NCBI RefSeq assembly: GCF_000039765.1
Contig: NC_004459.3
Location: 2,781,127-2,813,126 of the forward strand
DNA length: 32,000 nucleotides
Source: Vibrio vulnificus CMCP6
GTDB lineage: Bacteria; Pseudomonadota; Gammaproteobacteria; Enterobacterales; Vibrionaceae
Direction: 5' to 3'
This document shows, piece by piece, positions 1-8,943 of the stretch (position 1 is its first letter; each line of letters opens with the position of its first letter). Under the pieces are notes generated by a model. It ran no database searches and was not told the origin of the DNA. It saw only the letters and a list, made by a program, of their open reading frames with translations. A program made the position numbers and the translations under genes.

Positions 1-1007
1 ATAAACGCGGCGCCAGAGTAGAATTTGCCAAACATCATCACGCTGATCACTAACGAAGTCAATCTTAGTGCTCGTCCACTTCGCAACCAGCCTAGTCGGC
101 GTAAAATCAAAGCAGATAAACACGCCCAAACCGCAATAGGTAAGCTCGGAAAACCGAAACCATAACTTTGCGTCATCTCAAGCACTGGCCAATAGACATG
201 TGGCCTAGGAAGAGCAAACCCTTGTTGAGCAACCAAGCAAAGCAGTGACGTAGCAACAACGGCAAAAAACAATTGATAGGTAAAATCTCGGCCAAAACGC
301 CACATAGCTAATGGCATTACCACTAAAAGTATTTCAGGCGAAGTCAGATAAATCGCGAAGTAGCTGAGCAACAAACCCAATGCGCTCAGCACTGGAGACG
401 ATGCAACAAACGCTTGTAGTTGCATTAACCAACCCAGCTCCACTTGATGATAACTTGGCGCCGATTCAACCAAATCATTGACGTAGGCCACCGCTTGATC
501 CGTCGCTTGCCCAAACATCTGTTGCACCATTGGCCATTGTTGCGGATAACGGTATTGACTCGCTTCAAGCGCCAAAGGAGACAGTAGCATTGCAGAGGCA
601 ATTTCGACGCCGTAGTGTGGGGCGAACCAAACCGGAAGCTCATTACCATCTAAACTATTGTTGAAGTTGAACGCCACTACCGATGAATCAGAAATACAGT
701 CATAGAATACCGCCTGTTCATTGTAGCCAAGCACTTTACCTACGGTAACCACCAGCCCGGTTTCTTCCCAAGTTTCTCTTTGCGCGGTAAGCGCAGGGTC
801 CTCACCCGCAATGATCGTTCCTCCAGGAAGAGAAATTTGATGAGTTAAGATCTCATTGACTAAAACCAACTTGTCATCTGCACGGACGATACACAGCGCC
901 CCTTTCAATCCCTCAGGTAATGAGGTTGAAGAGGTCGCAAAAGAGAAAGTGGAATACACCAATGAAATAATGAGACTGAATACAACGAAAAATGACCGCT
1001 TATACAC
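1..1007 (-). CDS. Nudix hydrolase fused to a PAP2-like membrane domain (C-terminus truncated by the window edge)
   Basis: Manual minus-strand translation from a GTG at 1007 is open to the window edge: VYKRSFFVVFSLIISLVYSTFSFATSSTSLPEGLKGALCIVRADDKLVLVNE...LPGGTIIAGEDPALTAQRETWEETGL... It has a signal-peptide-like start, a Nudix box (GX5EX7REUXEEXGU), then hydrophobic helices and LPRPH / FGFPSLP segments. It is absent from the ORF track because it has no stop in the window. Confidence 0.8.
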   Translation of the reverse strand, partial: MYKRSFFVVFSLIISLVYSTFSFATSSTSLPEGLKGALCIVRADDKLVLVNEILTHQISLPGGTIIAGEDPALTAQRETWEETGLVVTVGKVLGYNEQAVFYDCISDSSVVAFNFNNSLDGNELPVWFAPHYGVEIASAMLLSPLALEASQYRYPQQWPMVQQMFGQATDQAVAYVNDLVESAPSYHQVELGWLMQLQAFVASSPVLSALGLLLSYFAIYLTSPEILLVVMPLAMWRFGRDFTYQLFFAVVATSLLCLVAQQGFALPRPHVYWPVLEMTQSYGFGFPSLPIAVWACLSALILRRLGWLRSGRALRLTSLVISVMMFGKFYSGAAF

Positions 1008-1264
1008 GCCAGACAACCTTTACTTTACCTATTGTTTTATTTGTATCTTTTGAGAACGAAGCCATCGATTCGTACACCGAGATCTCTTTACTCAAAAGAG
1101 TTGGCGCAATAATGACAGGAAACTCGATATTTTTCGACCTAAATTAACTTCAATCTGCGAGATGAAAGCCGTATTGAACGTCGTATCTATCGTCCCAAAC
1201 CATAGCCACGTCTCTCGGTTGACACCCTACTTCACTCCTTTGTGTCTTTAGCCGTTAAAAAGAA

Positions 1265-1288
1265 ACAAGCCTCGCAAACGAGGCTTGT
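1265..1288 (-). terminator. Rho-independent terminator of the downstream-reading minus-strand protease gene
   Basis: Perfect 10-bp stem ACAAGCCTCG-caaa-CGAGGCTTGT just past the stop; on the minus strand it is followed by a T-rich run (TTTCTTTTTAA). Confidence 0.75.
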
Positions 1289-1295
1289 GGGTAAG

Positions 1296-2894
1296 TTAAA
1301 GTTTTGTCCAAGCTTGTTGCCAATTAGTGCCCACGCCTGGCTCATAGGCACTCGGGGTTGAACCACACCATAAGTTATAAGGCCATGACTTACACTGGTA
1401 TGTCGAACCTACATTAGTCACGACGTCACCCGCACTGTAGTTTGTCCCCGCCACATAAGCATTGGCATCGGTTGGCGGTGTTGGCTCTGGTGTTGTTGGC
1501 GGTTCGGGCGTCGTTGGGGGCTCTGTTGGTGTGGTGCCAGAGCCCGAACAATCTGAGCTACCGACAACTTGCCATACTCCCCACGGGCCAGAGTCAGACG
1601 GGTTATCCCCTTGAGTCCACCAGCCGGCTTTCCAAGATTGACCAGCCCAGCTCACCACGTCACCCGTGTTGTAGACTTTGCTTGCCTGCCATTCGTTAGC
1701 GCACGTGCCATCTGGTGGTGTGGTGGTATCTTTCGCGCTTGCCGAGACTTCCGCGCGATAGATCGTTGAGGTTTTGTCGATTTCAAATGATAACGCCGCT
1801 TTGGCCGTACCCGCGGAGCTTGCCCCGAACTCAATAGAGACACGACAGGTTTGACCATTAGAAAGCGTCGATAATGTACAGAGATCACTACTGATCACTG
1901 GCTTGGTGGCAACGCCAGATCCGGTCACACTCAAGCGGCCAACCGTAAAGCTGCCTGTGCCTGTGTTTTTGATCGTGAAAGTGTGATTTTTCAACTCACC
2001 AACATTGAATGCCGTGAGTGTTTGAGAAGGCGTATAGCCAACAGAAACGGTCTCTGAAGGCGGTGTAACATTACCGACAATGCCATCGACAAAGCTGCGA
2101 AGCGCAGCAATATCACTGTACACGCCGTATTTACCTGGGCGAGCGCAGCCAATGCCCCAACTGACGATGCCAAGTTGCGTAATGGAACCCGCTCGATTGA
2201 TAACGATCGGTCCGCCGCTGTCACCTTGGCAAGAATCTATGCCACCTTGTGGCACGCCAGCACAAAATGCTACGTCTCCCACATTGGCGTAACTTCCCCC
2301 CGCTTGGCGACACGTGGCATCCGATATCAATGGAACATCCACTTCTTGCAATACCGTTGGTGAGCTGCCACCTTCTGTCGTACGACCTAGCCCCGCCACC
2401 GTCAGCCAGTCACCCACCGCAGCGTATTGAATCAAACTGCCCGCCGCAATATCAACCGCCGTCACACCCTGCGGTATTTGACTAAGTTTGAGTAGTGCAA
2501 TGTCATTTTCAAAGGTCGATTTGTTGTAGGCGGGATGCATGTAGATTTGGCTGACGTTGGATCGCACCCCATCCGTACCGTTGTAAACCACGCCACCGAT
2601 TTTGACGGCGATCTGGCTTGGTAAATCGCCATCAACACAGTGAGCAGCCGTCAGCACATAACCATTGCCAATATAACTTGCCCCACAATAAGAGCGGTTG
2701 CTGTTACGGCTGACAATTTGCGTGTAGAACTTCCATTCACTCGCATTGGCGGGAGTACCGCCAACGATACGAGGCTGAATGTCATTCTGTTGAAAAACGT
2801 CTGTTTGCGTCTGTGAAAGAACCTCTGCACTGACCGATGCTGACAACATCATCAAGCTGAGCAGAGTAAGTTTCCCTGTCGATTTCAATGTCAT
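1296..2894 (-). CDS. Secreted trypsin-like (S1) serine protease with Ig-like middle domain and two C-terminal chitin-binding-type (CBM5/12-like) modules
   Basis: PRIVGG activation site, TAAHC, DIALL and GDSGGP motifs; signal peptide MTLKSTGKLTLLSLMMLSASVSA; Pro/Thr linker; repeated W-rich modules (YNTGDVVSWAGQSWKAGWWTQGDNP and YSAGDVVTNVGSTYQCKSWPYN). The track start is 2939; an internal ATG at 2894 preceded by AAGAGGAA looks like the true start. Confidence 0.88.
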   Translation of the reverse strand: MTLKSTGKLTLLSLMMLSASVSAEVLSQTQTDVFQQNDIQPRIVGGTPANASEWKFYTQIVSRNSNRSYCGASYIGNGYVLTAAHCVDGDLPSQIAVKIGGVVYNGTDGVRSNVSQIYMHPAYNKSTFENDIALLKLSQIPQGVTAVDIAAGSLIQYAAVGDWLTVAGLGRTTEGGSSPTVLQEVDVPLISDATCRQAGGSYANVGDVAFCAGVPQGGIDSCQGDSGGPIVINRAGSITQLGIVSWGIGCARPGKYGVYSDIAALRSFVDGIVGNVTPPSETVSVGYTPSQTLTAFNVGELKNHTFTIKNTGTGSFTVGRLSVTGSGVATKPVISSDLCTLSTLSNGQTCRVSIEFGASSAGTAKAALSFEIDKTSTIYRAEVSASAKDTTTPPDGTCANEWQASKVYNTGDVVSWAGQSWKAGWWTQGDNPSDSGPWGVWQVVGSSDCSGSGTTPTEPPTTPEPPTTPEPTPPTDANAYVAGTNYSAGDVVTNVGSTYQCKSWPYNLWCGSTPSAYEPGVGTNWQQAWTKL

Positions 2895-3153
2895 TTCCTC
2901 TTGTTTAATCGGGCGCTTATTGCGCCACATATTAGACAAGCAGATAAAAACCGACCTCCCAACTCGATTTATAAATTATTTATAGAGCTTGCGAGAGACG
3001 TGCAACATTCGAGCTAAACATCTTGTTACATTCACACAACAAAATGATCCGTTTCACACATTTATCTTACAAATCAATCAGTAATAGTCTTTTCATAAGC
3101 GAGACTGTTGCAATAACAGCGCAAAAGGAGTTGATCTCACCCAGAGTAACCAC

Positions 3154-3633
3154 TCAGTTTTTCAGCGATTTTCTCAACCAGTGGATATGCGGCTGAAAGC
3201 CATTCTTCTCGTACAAGGCAATCGCAGTTTGGTTGAAATCCCACACTTCAACAAACACTTGTTCAACACCATAATCACGGAAAGTTTGTTCGATTTTGGC
3301 TAATAGCGCCTCAGCAATCCCTTGTTGGCGAAACGGCTTACCAACGTATAACTCATCGACACTGCCCATAGGTAAAGGGCGGCTCACTGTCGAAATCAGC
3401 TCGCAAAAATGCCCTGACACAAACCCCACCACTTCCTCATCTACTTTGGCGACAAACACCAAACATTCAGGGTCATCGAGATAGCGAGCAATACTTTTCT
3501 CTTGCTCGATCTCTTCTGCGCTTTTAAAAAATTCAGGGCACTGTAGATGATGCTCATCATGCAAATCGAACATCAAATCATTAAGGGCTTCAAGGTCTGA
3601 AGGACGTGCCGCTGATAAGACGACTTTATTCAT
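3154..3633 (-). CDS. GNAT family N-acetyltransferase
   Basis: 159 aa with a GNAT-like core: VDELYVGKPFRQQGIAEALLAKIEQTFRDYGVEQVFVEVWDFNQTAIALYEKNGF. Confidence 0.85.
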   Translation of the reverse strand: MNKVVLSAARPSDLEALNDLMFDLHDEHHLQCPEFFKSAEEIEQEKSIARYLDDPECLVFVAKVDEEVVGFVSGHFCELISTVSRPLPMGSVDELYVGKPFRQQGIAEALLAKIEQTFRDYGVEQVFVEVWDFNQTAIALYEKNGFQPHIHWLRKSLKN

Positions 3634-4261
3634 GGCTTATCTGCTACATATTCATAAAGTCTACATTGTAGTGAAACTGAGCGTAAAAATCCTTCTTAAG
3701 CACTTGAACTGTTTGCTTGTAGCCTGCCTTGCAACCGTTTTTCGAATCTTCAGTCGCGTTATCAATCTATCCAGCGATGAACATCATTTAAACCTTCGCT
3801 TGATGGCAGATTAACGAATAGATCTTGTGCTCGCTTTTGATAAACAACGCACAGTTCCGCTTAGGATCGAGTAAAGACAAATATAATCACGAAAACTGAA
3901 AAATCGTGAATTGCTCAAAAAGTCCTATCTCTCGTAAAAATATACAAGCATCGCCACCTTATAAAGTAATTTTATAATCAGATAATATTGACAAATGCAA
4001 CATTAACCATTTGTGTTGTTTTTTCGAGCTTGAGGCCAATTAACAATTAAGTCATTTAACAACTTACCTTTATATTGATAATTTCATTTCGTTGTCCATT
4101 CAGATTCAAATAATAAGACAAAAATTAAAACAATACTGTTGCAATAAATAATGTCGAAAATTAAACAAGTCAAATGCAAGCTATTAAGTAAACGTAAATT
4201 TTACATAGCAATACATTTGAACGATTAAAATCAATTTATTTAATCTTAATAGGAAACTAAA

Positions 4262-5449
4262 ATGAAGAGTTCATTTTGTTACACGACGTTATCTTTGATA
4301 ATATCAGGATGCCTTTTCTCAACCGCATCTTATGCTCAAAAGCCCGTAGAAGAAACAGCCACATCAACAACTATTCGTGCCGTCAATAAGGTAGGTGGAT
4401 TTGTCGCTAATATCAGCGCCTATACAAGTAATATCACACCCTATAAAGTTTCGTTTATTTCAGGAAAAGCCGGAGCGTTGGGTGCATCGTTAGGCGTTGT
4501 TAATACACTGACTAAAATCATTGTCGAGGCGTCGATTGAAGCTCAATGCCAATCAACTGAAAGTAATGACCAACTTGAAAATTATTGTGAAACACCACCA
4601 AGTTTCGTTCAAGATAAATTCTGCATCGCGAATACAGACAATGTTAATAAAAGCGATATTCAGGTTTTAATCTCTGATATTATTGTTCCCCGCTCAAATA
4701 ATGGCATTCAGCCTCAACAAAGCATCAACGTCCCCCATGGCTCAGAAGCTTGCATCAGCATTCCTAAAGAAGTGGGTAATGTCTCAGTGGTAAATGGCAA
4801 AAATCAGATGGTCGTTGACAGAGTGCTACCGATAGACTTTTTCTCTGGTAATTACGGTATGGTGATAAAAAACGGAAAACCATGGTTGAAAAAGAAAGCA
4901 CCGAGAGCTTTCTATAATATGACTCTTGCTCATAAGGCTTGCTACAGCATCATGCTCAACAGCTCATTTGATCTCGATGGCGGCGTGAGAAAATGCATGG
5001 ATAAACTCGCAAATGGCGACCGAGCCAAGCGCGCAGAGTTAGAAAAAATCTTCACCATCACAATGGACCACGCAGATTATCAAGAAGTAACCCGCACTTT
5101 GAAAAAGCGTGATTTGAATGATTTTTTACGTCATGCAGTCTATCATCAGAAACACCCATCTAATCCGGATATCTTTGTGCTAAGTGGTACTCTGATGATC
5201 GACGATAATACATACGCGACAATTGAGCCTATGGATATCTTCCGCGAAAATGGAGAACTCCTGCTTCCTGATAGCATTGCGGTATACAAAATTAATACCA
5301 CACCGAGAAATGCACCGAATCTTTTAGGTGAATCATCTGCACCCGATCCAGCAGTAATTGTTGATACAAATAGTGGACCGCTTGATTTTGCCACAGCAAC
5401 CCCAGTGGACAATAATATCCCTGGTAGAGTTGAATCTATCGATTTTTAA
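4262..5449 (+). CDS. Exported hypothetical protein, no recognised family
   Basis: Continuous 395-aa ORF preceded by AATAGGAAACTAAA; N-terminal export signal MKSSFCYTTLSLIISGCLFSTASYAQK; followed by a hairpin terminator. Confidence 0.7.
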   Translation: MKSSFCYTTLSLIISGCLFSTASYAQKPVEETATSTTIRAVNKVGGFVANISAYTSNITPYKVSFISGKAGALGASLGVVNTLTKIIVEASIEAQCQSTESNDQLENYCETPPSFVQDKFCIANTDNVNKSDIQVLISDIIVPRSNNGIQPQQSINVPHGSEACISIPKEVGNVSVVNGKNQMVVDRVLPIDFFSGNYGMVIKNGKPWLKKKAPRAFYNMTLAHKACYSIMLNSSFDLDGGVRKCMDKLANGDRAKRAELEKIFTITMDHADYQEVTRTLKKRDLNDFLRHAVYHQKHPSNPDIFVLSGTLMIDDNTYATIEPMDIFRENGELLLPDSIAVYKINTTPRNAPNLLGESSAPDPAVIVDTNSGPLDFATATPVDNNIPGRVESIDF

Positions 5450-5461
5450 TTTTTCACTTGC

Positions 5462-5485
5462 AAAGCAGCACACTCGTGCTGCTTT
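5462..5485 (+). terminator. Hairpin terminator after the orphan exported protein
   Basis: AAAGCAGCAC-actc-GTGCTGCTTT perfect stem followed by aattt, 13 bp after the stop. Confidence 0.6.
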
Positions 5486-5730
5486 AATTTAGTTAATCAT
5501 CTTAAACATTAAAAGAATAATATTATTTTCTAAACACCCCGTTCATTTAACATTTTTAACAAAGTCATAAGTACGTATTTTTACAATCTCAAAAATTTAA
5601 CAACACCAACAAACCCAGCAATTATAATTTAAAAACATCTCAATTTTGCAATAAAAACTCAAACACGAACCAATATAAATCGAACAAAAATCATATGGCA
5701 ATCATAAATTAGTTTTATCACACGATAAGC

Positions 5731-5762
5731 CCCACCCAATATCGCTATAAATATTGGGTGGG
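5731..5762. terminator. GC-rich hairpin at the 3' end of the prp operon (possible terminator or 3' stabiliser)
   Basis: CCCACCCAATAT ... ATATTGGGTGGG inverted repeat immediately beyond the prpE stop; the minus-strand T tract is weak. Confidence 0.5.
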
Positions 5763-5768
5763 AATCGT

Positions 5769-7649
5769 TTATTTTTCTGGAAATAATCTGATCAACTCAT
5801 TAAGACTGGTCGGATCGTCAATGGTGGATGGCACAGCGTATTGTTCACCATCGGCAATTTGACGGATGGTACGGCGCAAGATCTTGCCTGAGCGCGTCTT
5901 AGGTAAACGCTCCACCACCAAGGCTTGTTTAAAGCAGGCAACGGCGCCAATTTCATTACGCACTTTGCCGACGAGTTCTTGCTCCAGCTCGGTTGGGTCG
6001 ATTTTCACCCCATCTTTGAGCACCACAAACCCTAGTGGCAACTGCCCTTTGAGCTCATCGTGCACGCCAACCACGGCACATTCCGCAACGGCAGGGTGCG
6101 CGCCAACAATCTCTTCCATTTCGCCGGTAGAGAGACGATGCCCAGCCACGTTAATCACATCATCAATGCGACCCATGATAAAGAGATAACCCTCTTCATC
6201 CAGATAACCGCCATCGCCCGAAACATAGTAACCCGGGAACTGGCTCAGATAACCCGATTCAAATCGATCATGATTGCGCCACACGGTTGGCAAGCAGCTT
6301 GGCGGCAAAGGCCTTTTCAATGCGACAAAACCTTGCTGCATCGGCCCAGCTCTTAACCCCATTTCATCGAGAATGTCCACTTGATAACCCGGAATAGGCA
6401 TGGTGGCCGACCCCGCTTTGACGGGCATTAGCTCAATACCCACCATGTTGCCTGCAATCGCCCAGCCGGTTTCCGTTTGCCACCAGTGGTCAATCACGGG
6501 CTTGGCCGTTTGGCTTTGAACCCATTCCAAGGTTGGCGGGTCAAGCCTTTCTCCCGCCATAAAAATCGTATCAAGCTTGGAAAGGTCATAGTTCTTTAGA
6601 TGCTCGCCTTGCGGATCTTCTTTTTTAATCGCTCGGAACGCGGTTGGCGCAGAGAAAAGAACATTCACTCCATACTCTTCACATACGCGCCAAAATGCGC
6701 CTGGATCCGGCGTGCGCACTGGCTTCCCTTCAAACAAGATCGTGGTGCAACCATGAATTAAAGGGGCATAGACGATATAAGAGTGCCCGACAACCCAACC
6801 CACGTCAGAGGCGGCCCAAAACACGCCATCCTGCGGCATATTGTAAATGGCGCTCATTGAATACTTCATGGCCACGGCATGGCCACCGTTGTCACGCACC
6901 ACCCCTTTCGGCTTGCCCGTCGTGCCTGAGGTGTAGAGGATATACAGAGGGTCCGTTGCCAATACCGGAACACAAGCATGTGGTAGCGCGTTTTCAACCG
7001 CTTGATGCCAATCAAGATCGCGTTCGCTGTTGAGCTGGGCATCACACTGAGGACGTTGCAGTACCACCACTTTTTCCGGTTTCCAGCGGCTGTCCATGAT
7101 CGCTTTATCCACCATAGGCTTATAGGCGATGACTTTGTTGATTTCGATACCACAAGACGCTGTCAGCACCACTTTGGGCTCGGCATCTTCAATGCGCACC
7201 GCCAGCTCATTTGGGGCAAAGCCACCAAACACCACTGAGTGAATCGCCCCCAATCGTGCACAGGCAAGCATCGCCATCGCCGCTTCTGGGATCATCGGCA
7301 TGTAAATCACCACGCGATCACCTTTCGTCACGCCTTGGTCAGCCAACATGCCAGCGATACGAGCCACGCGATCTCGCATTTCGAAATAGCTGTAGACCTT
7401 CTTAGTTTCGGTCACAGGTGAATCATAGATCAGCGCCGCTTTATCACCTCGACCTTGTTCACAGTGGTAATCGAGTGCCAACCATGAAGTATTGAGCAGT
7501 CCATCGGGGTACCAACGCTCAATGCCATTGGGATCATTGGCAAGAATGGTTTTAGGGAACTCAAACCAATCGATGTTCTTTGCTTGGGCTTGCCAAAAGC
7601 TTTCCGGTTGCTGCTTCGCCCATTGATATTCTTTCTGATAAGCAGACAT
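5769..7649 (-). CDS. prpE: Propionyl-CoA synthetase
   Basis: 626 aa acyl-CoA synthetase with YTSGTTGKPKGVVRDNGG, WWQTETGW, VSGDGGYLDEEGY and KTRSGKILRR motifs; located in the methylcitrate operon. Confidence 0.95.
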   Translation of the reverse strand: MSAYQKEYQWAKQQPESFWQAQAKNIDWFEFPKTILANDPNGIERWYPDGLLNTSWLALDYHCEQGRGDKAALIYDSPVTETKKVYSYFEMRDRVARIAGMLADQGVTKGDRVVIYMPMIPEAAMAMLACARLGAIHSVVFGGFAPNELAVRIEDAEPKVVLTASCGIEINKVIAYKPMVDKAIMDSRWKPEKVVVLQRPQCDAQLNSERDLDWHQAVENALPHACVPVLATDPLYILYTSGTTGKPKGVVRDNGGHAVAMKYSMSAIYNMPQDGVFWAASDVGWVVGHSYIVYAPLIHGCTTILFEGKPVRTPDPGAFWRVCEEYGVNVLFSAPTAFRAIKKEDPQGEHLKNYDLSKLDTIFMAGERLDPPTLEWVQSQTAKPVIDHWWQTETGWAIAGNMVGIELMPVKAGSATMPIPGYQVDILDEMGLRAGPMQQGFVALKRPLPPSCLPTVWRNHDRFESGYLSQFPGYYVSGDGGYLDEEGYLFIMGRIDDVINVAGHRLSTGEMEEIVGAHPAVAECAVVGVHDELKGQLPLGFVVLKDGVKIDPTELEQELVGKVRNEIGAVACFKQALVVERLPKTRSGKILRRTIRQIADGEQYAVPSTIDDPTSLNELIRLFPEK

Positions 7650-7714
7650 AGTGCTTCCTCCAGTATGTCTTAACGGTCCTTTTCACCTTGCTCTTTGAAC
7701 AAGTAAGCTAAGAT

Positions 7715-8941
7715 TTATTCAAAGAGATCGGAGGGAACACGCACAAAGCCCTCCATCAGTATGCGAGCGCTGCGGCTCATAATGGCTTTTTCTACCACCC
7801 AACCTTGTTCAGTGGCTTTTGCTTGAGCGCCGACTTTGAGCGTCCCAGACGGATGGCCAAAGGTGACGGCTTGTTTCTCGCCACCACCGGCAGCCAAGTT
7901 CACTAAAGTGCCCGGCACGCAAGCGGCTGCGCCAATCGCGACCGCTGCGGTCCCCATCATGGCGTGATGCAGCTTGCCCATTGAAAGGGCGCGAACCAGC
8001 AGATCAACCTCTCCTGCCTCCACCACTTTGCCACTTGAGGCTTGGTAACTTTTCGGCTTCGCGACAAACGCCACTTTTGGGGTGTGCTGGCGACCTTCTG
8101 CTTCTTCAATCGAAGTAATCAAACCCATTTTTAGCGCGCCATAAGCACGAATGGTTTCAAACTTCGCTAACGCTTGCTCATCATTATTGATCTGCTCTTG
8201 CAGTTCCGTCCCCAAATACCCCAACGCCTCAGCATCAAGGAAAATGGTGGGAATGCCCGCATTAATGAGCGTGGCGTTAAAGGTGCCAATACCCGGTACG
8301 ACAAGATCATCCATCAAATTGCCAGTGGGAAACATGCTCCCCTCGCCATCGGCTGGGTCAACGAAATCCACTTGGATCTCTGCAGCAGGAAATGTCACGC
8401 CATCAAGAGAAAACTCGCCCGTTTCCTGCACCAAACCATGTTGAATGGGCACGTGCACTTCAATGGTTTTGCCAATGTTGGCTTGCCACACTTTCACCGT
8501 CACCACGCCATTTTGAGGAATGCGTTTTTCGTCAATCAAGCCAGCATGGATGGCAAATGGGCCAACCGCAGCAGACAAGTTGCCACAGTTACCGCTCCAA
8601 TCGACAAACGGTTTGTCGATAGAGACTTGACCAAACAGGTAATCAACATCGTGATCGGCGCGGCTGCTTTTGCTCACAATCACCGTTTTGCTGGTGCTGG
8701 ATGTCGCCCCGCCCATGCCGTCAATCTGTTTGCCGTAAGGATCTGGGCTGCCGATCACGCGCAGCAGCAGTTGGTCGCGTTTTTCCCCCGCAATTTGTGC
8801 CTCTGGCGGTAAATCCGCAAGGTTGAAAAACACCCCCTTGCTGGTGCCGCCTCGCATATACGTGGCAGGCACTTTCATTTGGCTCATCCGCGTATCGCAC
8901 CGTGCAGAGCTACGCGTAGAGGATTGTGTAGAAGGTTTCAT
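7715..8941 (-). CDS. prpF: 2-methylaconitate cis-trans isomerase PrpF
   Basis: 408 aa PrpF-like sequence (YMRGGTSKGVFFNLADLP..., SGNCGNLSAAVGPFAI); ATG at 8941 preceded by AAGGAG; adjacent to acnD. Confidence 0.93.
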   Translation of the reverse strand: MKPSTQSSTRSSARCDTRMSQMKVPATYMRGGTSKGVFFNLADLPPEAQIAGEKRDQLLLRVIGSPDPYGKQIDGMGGATSSTSKTVIVSKSSRADHDVDYLFGQVSIDKPFVDWSGNCGNLSAAVGPFAIHAGLIDEKRIPQNGVVTVKVWQANIGKTIEVHVPIQHGLVQETGEFSLDGVTFPAAEIQVDFVDPADGEGSMFPTGNLMDDLVVPGIGTFNATLINAGIPTIFLDAEALGYLGTELQEQINNDEQALAKFETIRAYGALKMGLITSIEEAEGRQHTPKVAFVAKPKSYQASSGKVVEAGEVDLLVRALSMGKLHHAMMGTAAVAIGAAACVPGTLVNLAAGGGEKQAVTFGHPSGTLKVGAQAKATEQGWVVEKAIMSRSARILMEGFVRVPSDLFE

Positions 8942-8943
8942 CG

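Noticed and set aside
425-649. Minus-strand 74-aa ORF
   Set aside because: Out of frame with and inside the longer Nudix-PAP2 reading frame that is open from 1007 to the window edge.
856-1053. Plus-strand 65-aa ORF
   Set aside because: Antisense to the start of the Nudix gene; no recognisable features or convincing ribosome-binding site.
3106-4151. Shared 'ctgttgcaataa' near 3106 and 4138 considered as a direct repeat
   Set aside because: Only 12 bp, AT-rich, and the flanks do not match; compatible with chance.
3870-5730. AT-rich orphan region considered as a mobile element or integron cassette
   Set aside because: No transposase or integrase, no attC-like palindromic site, and no terminal direct repeats that I could find.
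8174-8812. Plus-strand 212-aa ORF opposite prpF
   Set aside because: Shadow ORF opposite a well-supported GC-rich gene; sequence is not protein-like.
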